NCBI GenBank assembly: GCA_043228905.1
Contig: JBHGNT010000012.1
Coordinates: 7,068,001 to 7,132,000 of the forward strand
DNA: 64,000 bases
From: Azolla caroliniana
Lineage: Eukaryota > Plantae > Polypodiophyta
Direction of reading: 5' to 3'
In this document: positions 38,945 through 48,904 of the stretch, in pieces
Layout: each line of letters opens with the position of its first letter
How positions within the stretch are numbered: the stretch's first letter is position 1
Notes under the pieces: model-generated
What the model was told of the DNA's origin: nothing
Database searches by the model: none
Seen by the model: the letters and a program-made list of their open reading frames with translations, nothing else
Translations under genes and position numbers: made by a program

Positions 38945-40154
38945 CCATTACCGTCGTTCGCTGCGAGAAAGCAGGAATCGTGGTCGCCAAAACTGTGTTA
39001 TTCTCTGACCGGACAAGGCCTAACACAAGGTGTCACGGAGACACTTCACCAAAGGGTGATTACGGCATAGGATTATGACTCAACGATTACACCGACCTAA
39101 GTAGGTTACACGATTAGAGCGCTTTTGTTAATTACACGCGTAAGATATAACAGTAAGTACGGAACGGAAATCAACACAGAAGTATAAACACCATACGCTC
39201 TATTAATTATCCGCTGCGATTACAATGGGGTCCGGGCCTTTAAATAGGTTTCCGGCCCGTAGTACAAAACGGTGCCTATTGCACCTATTCGGGATCCGTC
39301 CGGATCTGGAACGGCATACCGTTTCCAGTCCGTCCGTCCACACTATGCTTATTTACAACCATACTTAATTAATTCCTTCACTCCGTATTTTGGACTCCTT
39401 GCTGGCCGGTAACAGTCACAGGAGAAGTATGTGACAAAGGTGCTTCAAAGGTTCAACATGTCGGAGTCGAAACCGGTCGGATCGACACTTCCGGCAAATT
39501 GCAAGTTGTCCGGAAAGCAGAGCCCGAAGACAAAGGCAAAGAAGTCGGATATGACGAAGATACCATATGCCTTGTCCTTCGGAAGCTTAATGTACGCAAT
39601 GGTGTGCACCCAGCCAGATATTGCATATGATGTCGAAGTAGTCTGCCGGTTCATGAGCAATCCCATAAGAGAGAACTAGAACGTGGTCAAGTGGATACTC
39701 CGGTATCTGAAAGGCACCTCGAGTATGTGCCTCCGGTTTGTCTCTGGTAAACCTCAACTTGACGGATTCACGGATTCGGATATGTCGGCTAATGTAGATA
39801 CCAACCAGTCTACATCCGGATATGTCATGACTTATGTAGGGGGAGCTGTATCATGGCAGTCGAGGTTGCAGAAGTCCATTGCACTGTCGACAACGGAAGC
39901 GGAGTACATGGTAGTTGTGGAAGCCGGCAAGGAAGTAATCTAGATGAAGGACTTCATCGAAGAGCTAGGGATCTGACATGAGGAATATTGGCTCTACTGC
40001 GACAATCAAAGTGTCATCCACCTTGCGAAGAATGCGGCCTACCATTCCTGGACCAAGCACATCCAGCATAGGTACCACTGGATCTGGAAAAGACTAAAGG
40101 ACAAAGACTTTGCGCTGATGAAGGTTCACACGGAGGAGAACAGGCCGGACATGT

Positions 40155-40797
40155 TGTCGTGATGTGGCATGTTTAGTACGAGAAAAAGTGAAAAATTGAG
40201 GATACATGCGCATTACAGAAATACTTGTAAAAATGAAAATAATAATAAATAAACCTACGACATGATGGCACTGAGTGCATATTGAGGGTTGCACATAGGA
40301 TTTGAACCTCGCACGTCTAAGATAAGAAGCAATTATCATACCACTAAAGCTACTACTACATGCTTTACATTTTGTATATTTTCTTTTCATATTCAGTTTT
40401 CATAGGTAGCAAACAATCAAAACTGTGTACACAAAACCATGGTTTTAAGTCCATGGTTTTTTGCATGTCATAAACAAAACCATGTGCACAAAACCGTGGT
40501 TTTAGCCCATGGTTTTGTGCATGTCACAAGCATGGAGAGACCTATAAAAGCCTCTAGTATGGCTTGTGTAAGGTGGGGCTCAATAGGTGATAATCACCAT
40601 CGTCGTCATCATCATCAATATAAAATTCTTCTTATAATTATACTTCTTTGATACTTCTTATTGTACTTCTTAGAATCATCAATCTTTTGATCTTGTCAAG
40701 GGTAACATTGTTTCTCAATAACTTGGTAAACGTCCTCCCTATTCAGAGACCCTGATGGTTCCGTTCGAGCGACACACGCACGCGCATCTTCGCGACA
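40155..40797 (+). mobile_element. Solo LTR (Ylt1-like family) in copia RNase H, with antisense tRNA-like cassette
   Basis: TGTCGTG...CGCGACA termini; 4-bp TSD ATGT/ACGT splitting PDM|(L)TKVL; TATA ~40543; minus-strand A-box 40341-40352 and B-box 40298-40308. Confidence 0.82.
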
Positions 40798-41654
40798 ACG
40801 TAGACCAAGGTGCTGACAACCAACAATCTAGACGCGTGTCGAAGGCAGATTGGGCTAACGAGACGTCCCATGTCGAAGTGAAGGGGGAATTTGTTGGGAT
40901 TTCGGTCCCTCCAGATGGGATCCGGTTGAGAACCGGATCTGGAAGGGTTCCAGATGGAATCCAGAAACCGGATCGAATGGACCCGGTGAGAACCGGAGGA
41001 TGGAACACATTTGTAAATATGTTAGAGTAAGCCCATTGAGGCTATATTTGTAAATAGCCCTAAGGTCATATCAGTATAAATATGACTTAGGGCAATCACA
41101 GAAGGAGATTATTATTGTAGTAGAGAGAGAGAGAGAGAGATAGCGAGAGCGAGAGCGAGAGAGTAGCTACAAGCACTTTCTGTTGCAACCGTCGTCTGGT
41201 GAAGATCGCAAGCACGAGGTCGTTGCCTTTGTGTTTCCACTTTGTATTTCCTCTCATATAGTGATAGTTGGAGTCCATGGGCTCCTGTGGTTTCCCGTTT
41301 AGGGTTTTCCACATAAACATCCTGTGTCATCTCGGTTTTAATCTATTCTCTTCTATTCCTTGTTGAAGGCTCGGTTGTGGTCGAACGTTATTTCCGCACA
41401 AATAATTAGGGTAATTAGTTAGTAATTACTGTTTATCTTTTCACTTCCATTGAATGCAATGTTTCCTCTCATTTTGTGCCATTGGTATAATAGTGAGGTC
41501 CCCTTTTTAATGTCAAATAAAAATATCAAATTTTGTGGGAGAGTAAAAAGTGGGGAATCAATGAACCTTTTATTTATTTGATTTATTTACTTTTTATTTA
41601 TTTACTTATATTTATTGTTTTATTAATAAATAAAACAAGTACTTTTAAGTTTTA

Positions 41655-41967
41655 GGGAAAAGTACTAGGACACCCATTGAAGTTCGTCTATTTACCAAAA
41701 TGACCCTAGAAGTTCCAAATTTACCAAACTACTCCGATGTCCAAAAAATTACACTTTATAAAGTAATTAAAGACTCAAATCTACAAGCCCTATTTACCAA
41801 AGATAGAATAAATGGACCCGAACTAGCCCTATTTACCAAATATTTGAGTGTATAATTACTTTATAAAGTGTAATTTTTTGAACATAGGGGTAGTTTGGTA
41901 AATTTGGAACTTCTAGGGGCATTTTGGTAAATAGACGAACTTCTAGGGGTATCTTGGTACTTTTCCC
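41655..41967. mobile_element. Mutator-like foldback MITE
   Basis: ~115-bp TIRs starting GGGAAAAGTAC; 9-bp TSD TAAGTTTTA. The duplicated flank at ~42005-42125 shows the empty site. Confidence 0.9.
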
Positions 41968-42293
41968 TAAGTTTTATATCTATTTAAAAGTATTATTAGT
42001 TGGAGCCCCCTTTTTAATGACAGATAAAAATATCAAATTTTGTGGGAGAATAAAAAGTGGGGAATTAATGAACCTTTTTTTTTTTTTAAATTTAAAATAA
42101 AACAAATACTTTTAAGTTTTACATTTATTATAAAAATATTATGTCTAAGTCTAATTTTTAATATGAAGTAAAATATCCCCTTTTTAATGTCAATGTCCTC
42201 TTTGTTATAACTTATAAAGTTATATCATATATGAATATCTAAGAAACTAAAAAGTTGGGACTTTATGAACTTTTTTTTAACGAATATTTTTTA

Positions 42294-44237
42294 GGGAAAA
42301 GTACCAGGATACCCCTAGAAGTTCGTCTATTTACCAGAATACCCCTAGAAGTTTCAAATTTACCAAACTACCCCTGTGTCCAAAAAATACACTTTACAAA
42401 GTAATTATACACTCAACTCTACAAGCCCTATTTACCAGAATACCCTTTAAACACAATTTTCTTCACTTAATGGATTCTTCTAGGGTATCCTGGTACTTAT
42501 TCTTGCAACTCATCTGCTCATCATAAACATCATCCTTTCCTTCCATAATTACCTCCTCAGTACTTCCGCCTCCACGTTCTCTGTACATCTGAGGATCCAT
42601 AGCAGCGATTTCTGTGCGCACAGATTCTGATTGGGGCGAGAAATTGTTACGTTATGCAAGATCGCCATTGGTGTACTGATCTATGCAGGTAGTTCCATGG
42701 AATAAAAGATCAAGTCTTCTCTGAGACATATGAACATAATTGCTGCTTGAATGCCACCTAGGTCGGCTAGAGCTTCTACTACTCACACTGCTCATCCTCC
42801 TTGAGCTCCTATAATCTTCATAGTCAAGCTCCAGTATTGATGTTGCCTCTGCATAATGTTCCTCACCATTCAGGTCAGAGACGATGAATTCGTCCCCAAC
42901 ATAATGCTCCTATAATCTTTCAACAGGCTCAGTGGCACCATCCCTTCTTCGCTCGGAGTTTTCTTTGCTTCTTCTAAATTCCTAGGTATCATAGACTTGT
43001 GTGGGACGCCATTGCACAGAACGACAGCACAATGCAGCAGCAACTCATCATCATCAATTATGGTTCCTTCTTCTCCTTCTGCTCCCTTTGTAATCCCAGC
43101 GACTGAAGCAAAGGAGGCGAAGAAGCAGAGGCAAGCCCACTTGAGCAAGCTCACCATAGTTCTGATAGCTTCAAGAGGGGCAGCCGCCGCAGTGTTGTGC
43201 CTCACCGTAGGTTGTTACTTGATACGCTCTCATCGCCATCAAGATCAGGGGCAGAAGAAAGGAACGTCAGAGAAGAGAGGGAAGCGTGGGGATGGCGATG
43301 GAGATGGGAAGGATGGGGAGGAGAACAACTACTACTACCAAGACGTCTTCGTCGCCTTGCAGATCGGGGCAACCCTAATCCATTTTGTGATCATGGATTA
43401 CAATTCGATCTTGTAGGACCTGGCCTTGGACCTGATTTGAATGGTATGGCGAAATGGCGGCTTCAGATTTGAAGCAGGAATCGTCGGTCGTACTGCTGAT
43501 GCTGAAAGCCTTGAAGGTCTAGGGCGGCCTGATCACATCCTCATCAGTCGGAATTTGATCAATGGTAGGGTTGTTAAGGCTGGTGGGATTAAGGATAGCA
43601 TTAGGCGGCGGCAATTGGAGGAGATGAAGATGTGCAGGGTGGGCGAAAGCATGATTCAGATGATGATGGTGCTGGTGTTGGTGTTGGTGGGCAGAGGAAG
43701 CAACGGGGGAAGCGCTAGAATGGCGGCGGCCATGGAGCCATCGCCAGGCGGCGGCTTTGCTCGCATCACTGCTCATGTGGGGGGACCATTGGTGGTGGCA
43801 GAGGTGGCACAATGGCAGCACAGTTCACACTCAAGCTTCCATTAAAGCTGCCAGATTGTCTATATTGTTGTTACTCACGTGGATTAAAGGCTGATTATAT
43901 TTCCTGATATCATGAGGAGAAGAGCAAGCTTAAGACGAGGTAGAGTTAGTGTTATTATGAGTATTATTAATGATGTGGAAATGGAAAGCTTATTCCCAAT
44001 ATGTGGAAGTTGCTACAGCCGAAGGAATAAGTACCAGGATACCCTTGGAAGAATCCCTTTAAGTAAAAGAAAATTGTGTTTGAAGGGTATTATGGTAAAT
44101 AGAGCTTGTAGATTTCAGTGTATAATTAGTTTATAAAGTGTATTTTTTTGGACATAGGGGTAGTTTGGTAAATTTGGAACTTCTAGGGGCATTTTGGTAA
44201 ATAGATGAACTTCCAAGGATATCCTGGTACTTTTCCC
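42294..44237. mobile_element. Pack-MULE carrying captured host gene fragments
   Basis: ~210-bp TIRs (42294-42502, 44025-44237); 9-bp TSD TATTTTTTA; GC-richer coding-like interior without a transposase. Confidence 0.88.
42919..43360 (+). pseudogene. Captured LRR receptor-like kinase fragment (last LRR, C-cap, TM, juxtamembrane)
   Basis: FNRLSGTIPSSLG..F..SKFLG..DLCGTPL...C...PSSP...LSKLTIVLIA...AAVLCLTVGCYLIR. Confidence 0.75.
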
Positions 44238-44757
44238 TATTTTTTAATGCATTCGTTTGGTAACCCCCACGAATGCAAATATGTCAATATATGTACAAGA
44301 CAACGTGCAACACACCATAATTTAACCTTAAAGCCTTCCTACCACTTCTTCCTCCAATAGGGGAAAAGTGGCCCAAGGGCCAAGACACCTAGGTGTGCCT
44401 TAATCACTTATTAAAACAACGTAAATTATTGCCACTTAATGAGTTTATTTCTAGGCATAAATACCTTGTCACTAATGCTATATGGACTAACAATGTCATA
44501 GTGAGGTAAATCATTTTTAATGTCCACATCTAAGTATAAAAAACCATTTTCTCAACTATAACTCGTTTTCGCAAAGGTTATTGCATTGACTTCCTTATCG
44601 CCAAGGCTTATCGAGAGCCACAAGTCTTGAGTCTTTGGTTCGGAGCATGTGGCATTGAATCTCATAATATCAAGGATTAAACGTCAAAAGCATGCTTGAG
44701 CTGCATAATCTCCTCGAAAGAAAGTCTACTTAGCAATTAACCTTTTCGTTATATCTT

Positions 44758-44867
44758 TTCCTTTTCCCAAAAGTAAAACTCCTTCCATTAATTATAAAAT
44801 TTTAGAGCTGAGAATGTTATATACAAATCCTAAAAGGGATGCGATAATTCCATCTTATGTGGAAGCC
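44758..44867 (-). mobile_element. Very short LINE 3' end, same family as 22326-22609
   Basis: Shares AAAACTCCTTC...AAGGGATGCGATA.TTCCATCTTATGTGGA; ~17-bp TSD CCTTTTYGTTATATCTT (44741 / 44868). Confidence 0.75.
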
Positions 44868-44942
44868 CCTTTTTGTTATATCTTACTAATGGGCCAATAG
44901 TGGCTAGACTAATTACTTCTTGAGAGCAACCAAGATTCTCCA

Positions 44943-45422
44943 TTGGCCATGAATTGCTATGACAGTACATCGAGTCACCAAGTGACAAGTAAGCATGGGC
45001 ATTCATGATTCATATCGAATATGGTGAGGAACTTTTTGCTGAAGTATTTTACCATTTTATCACTTGTGCATGGTAAAGGACTTCATATATATTTATGACA
45101 GTGTTTATTCGCCATGAATTACTATGCCGATACATCGAGTCACCAAGTGACAAGCAACCATGGGCATTCATGATTCATATCGAATATGGTGACTCGTGAG
45201 GAACATTCGGATAAAGTCCTTTACCATTTTGCCACTAAGGACGTCATATATATTGATGGCAGTATTTTATTGGCCATGAATTGCTACGGTGGTGCATTAA
45301 ATCGCCAAGCAACAAGCACGCATGGGCATTCATGATTCATATTGAATATGGTGAGGAACTTTTGGATGAAGTTCTCTACCATTTTATCACTTTTGGGTGG
45401 TAAAGGACTTCATATATATTAT
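44943..45422. repeat. Three-copy ~165-bp tandem repeat upstream of the dioxygenase
   Basis: GCCATGAATT...CATGGGCATTCATGATTCATAT.GAATATGGTGA...TACCATTTT...CATATATAT three times. Confidence 0.88.
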
Positions 45423-45490
45423 TGTGTGTGTGTGTGTGTGTACATATATGTAAATGTGTATAATATAAACAAGAAGAAAGGGGCGGGGTT

Positions 45491-45657
45491 CACGTGAGAG
45501 AATGGGCACACGAGGACGTGGGTCATAATACCAAACATGGAAGTCACGTGGGTCATGTAAAACACACACACTATTCTCATGGAGATGGTATCATGAAAGC
45601 ATTCATTGGAATGGCATTGACAACGTAGAAGGAAATCCCAACTCACTATATATTTAT
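45491..45657 (+). promoter_or_regulatory. Proximal promoter with G-boxes and TATA
   Basis: CACGTG at 45491 and 45545, ACGTGGGTCAT twice, TATATATTTA at ~45647. Confidence 0.5.
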
Positions 45658-45741
45658 GCTCTTCTTCTATCACCTTTCTCTTCACACCTCTACATTTTGA
45701 GATCGAAGCGACAATCAATCGAATCCAATCTTAACCCCCTA

Positions 45742-48052
45742 ATGGCACCTTCCTTGCCACACCATGACACCAAAACTAGGACCACAACCATAGACACCAA
45801 CAACACCCATCATCCTACCAAGCTCGTGGAAGCCGACCTTGTGGAGACCCTCTCCGCAAGCCGGCTCAACTCCTCGCCGTCCTCGGTGGGCATTGATGAT
45901 GACAATGGTGTCCCCCGCCCATCGTCCATCCCTTCCAAATTCATCCTCCCCGAGGAGCACCGGCCCGCGTTCGCACTCTCCCGCTCGAGTGATGAGATCC
46001 CGGTGGTCGACATGGCCGGCCTCCTCGACCCTTCACGGCGCACCCAAACCCTAGCCACCATCCACAATGCTTGTGTCGAATGGGGCTTCTTCCAAGTCAT
46101 AAACCATGGAGTCGAGCCAAGTGTGATGGAAGGCATGAAGCAACAGGTGGAGGAGTTCTTGGCATTGCCCATCTCCGAGCGATCGCCCGGCGGCATCAAG
46201 CAAGGTGTGGCTAGTCAAGGCTATGGCACCGGATATGTGAAACCCGACACCGGGGCTAGGGACTGGAGAGACTATTTCCTGCTCCGGACTTACCCCGAGT
46301 CGATGCGTGACTACGAGACATGGCCGAACCGCCCATCGTTCAGGTAGCTAACTAGAATGTCTTCATGGTGTGTGATTACTTTGTGTATATGCATAGACTA
46401 TAGATAGATAGAGAGCTCTGGACAATTTGGCTGTTTTTTGAACATTTATTTGTCTATAGAATGAATATTAGAGCCTAACATACAAGTGTGGTTAGCTAGC
46501 TAACTAGAATGCCTTGTTTGCCCATATTTTTTGTGCTTAAAGAGATGATAGGCTATGGACATTTTTTGGCTGTTTTTTGACCAATTGTCTATGGAATGAA
46601 TATTAAAACCTAACATACAAATGTGGTTAGCTAGCTAACTAGAATGTCTTGTTTGCCCATATTTTTTGTGCTTAAAAGAGATGCTATCATCAAGTACACC
46701 ATGGAAATGAAGGGTCTCGCGGAACGCCTCTTGGAATGCTTGTCCATCAATCTTGGCCTTCCACCCAACTACATCCAAGACGCCCTAGGTGTGCTTCACC
46801 AGGACCTCCTCATTAACCATTACCCTCCATGCCCCAACCCAGAGCTCGCGGTCGGAGCAAACAAACACACCGACCTAGGGGCCGTCACATGTCTTTGGCA
46901 GCTCAATGATGTGGTCGGTTTGCAAGTACTCAAGGACGGAGAATGGTACCCCGTCAAGCCCCTCCCCGGGGCATACATCATCAATGTGGCCGACATGGTC
47001 GAGGTATGTAAACAACTTACCGCAATATGTATGGGCCGTAATTCAGAGTTGTAAATGCTAATTACAATGAGGGACAGACTTAATGTTGTGGGTGATTTCT
47101 AGGGTACATGTGTGCAAATTCTATTATTTGGGGATGGAGACATAATATTGTGGATGATATGTAGACTAGTTAATGTTAGCAATGGTGATATGTAGGCTAC
47201 ATATGTGGGTGATATGTAAACTAGTTAATGTTAGCAATGGTGATATCTAGGCTACATATGTGGGTGATATGTAGGCTCGTTAATGTTAGCAATGGTGATA
47301 TGTAGGCTACATATGTGGGCGTAGGGTGATATACAAGCTACTAAGTACTTAATGCTAGCAATAGTGATATGTAAGCTACATATGTGGGCGATATATAGGC
47401 TACTTAATGCTAGCAATGGTGATATGTAAGTTACATATGTGGGTGATATGTGCGCTAGCCAATGTTAGCAATGGGGATCTACAAGAACATTCAACATTAT
47501 TTTATATATAGGCTTGATCTTGTGTTTGAGGATTATACTCGGGTAGATGTGTAAGCCGATGATGTTGGGTTGTTTATGCATGTTGTAAAGCATCAAATGG
47601 CCATGGGATACACCTTTGAACATTGGGAACATATACTTTAGTAGCTAGATGCATTGTTGTAGAATACTTGGCATAAAATACGTGTAGAATACGTTACTTT
47701 AGAGTATTCTAAATGTAGAATACGTGTTTTTTAACAACTATGGTTAGATGTGTGAGTCAATGATTTTTAGGGATATTTGTTTATGTGTTGTGATGTTTGT
47801 GAATGATCATGGGATGAGTAGGTTGTGAGCAATGGGATCTACAAGAGCATCCAACACCGGGCAGTTGTGAACACGTCGAGGAGGAGGGTGTCAATCGCAG
47901 CGTTCTATGACTTGCACCACGAAGCGCTCATCAAGCCCGCACCACAACTTGTCACACCAGATCGCCCGGCCCTCCCACCCATCTGCTTCGGAGACCACGC
48001 CATGAAACTTGCCATCGAAACCGACAAAATTGGAGAGAAAGTGTTGGACTGA
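45742..48052 (+). CDS. 2-oxoglutarate/Fe(II)-dependent dioxygenase, DOXC class (JOX/ANS/FLS/SRG1-like), 385 aa, 3 exons
   Basis: Exons 45742-46343, 46679-47003 and 47822-48052; IPVVDM, ACVEWGFFQVINHGV, NHYPPCPNP, HTD...H iron ligands, and the RVS 2OG-binding motif. Confidence 0.93.
47150..47497. repeat. ~55-bp minisatellite in dioxygenase intron 2
   Basis: TAATGTTAGCAATGGTGATATGTAGGCTACATATGTGGGTGATATG, ~6 copies. Confidence 0.9.
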
Positions 48053-48904
48053 AGCATATCTCCTCTAAGTTCCTCCCCAACAATCTTCCCTTCATTTATT
48101 GGTTTACTTTGCTATTGCTTCTTCTTATCTTAAAGCAATTGAGGATGTGTTGCTCTAAGGAGAGGATGATTTGAAATTTGTAAAGCCGTATATATTTCAT
48201 AATAAAAACTAGTCGTGCTTTGTATCTAACTATTTTAATGAATGAAGATCTATCTTGACTTCTATCTCTAGTGTTTCATCCTTTTTAACCAATGGCAATT
48301 CCACTAATTGAAATATCCCCTCTATTAGCTCAAAGTGAGAGTGCATATGCAATGCCGACACATTGGGCTTTAGCATAGCTTATGGGCGGTGTAACTCACG
48401 TTCCCTTATCTTCTGACTTTGAGACTGGGTATCCGAGGGTGTTTGGTTGCTGTTTGGTTTTCTACTTCAGCGAGGGAGAGGCCTAGTGGTGTAGGTGTGC
48501 CCACATTCATCGTCCCTTCCTGTCCCTCAAAAAATTTAGTGGTTACATGTTAGTGAATATTATTAGGAAGGTTATGGTTAACATTTTGTAGTTAAGATGT
48601 ACCTACCTAGTGTCTTTATATTCGAGGTATCTAATAGTTTGGAGAGGGTGGAAGAGGGTCCTAATATTCCGGTGTACCTTTGTGCCTATGTGCATTTCAC
48701 AATATGTTTTGCTATTTTTCCCTTATCTCAAAGTAAGTTGGACACTTGCATGTAAAGTGATACTAATGCTCTATCTATAGTGACATAATCTACAATCCTT
48801 TTCTCTCTGGGGACTCCATGAGTACGACCATTCTCAATCTCAAGTTGGTGAGATTATACTCTAAGTTGTCCAATGGCAACCCATAGTGTATTTGGTAAGA
48901 ACGT

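Larger units (their letters stand above)
29569..39414 (-). mobile_element. Young full-length non-chromovirus Ty3/gypsy (Athila/Phygy/Selgy-like) nested in copia RT
   Basis: 419-bp LTRs 29569-29987 and 38996-39414 (TGTTA...TAACA, ~5 mismatches by eye); TSD GTCAC splitting copia LLWLS|QEKY; PBS-like TGGCGACCAC (tRNA-Arg type) near 38980-38989. Confidence 0.95.
26353..40830 (+). pseudogene. gag-pol: Copia gag-pol, disrupted by stops, frameshifts and nested insertions
   Basis: ORFs 26283-27077, 27083-27436, 27520-28506, 29086-29454 and 39431-39943 carry the gag, PR, INT, RT and RNase H motifs. Confidence 0.88.
25822..41400 (+). mobile_element. Full-length but defective Ty1/copia with two nested insertions
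   Basis: LTRs 25822-26323 and 40892-41400; PBS TGGTATCAGAGC 26327-26338 (tRNA-iMet); PPT GAAGGGGGAA before 40892; order gag(CFYCGKLGH)-PR(WVVDSG)-INT-RT-RH. The TSD is imperfect (AAGAA/AATAA). Confidence 0.92.
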
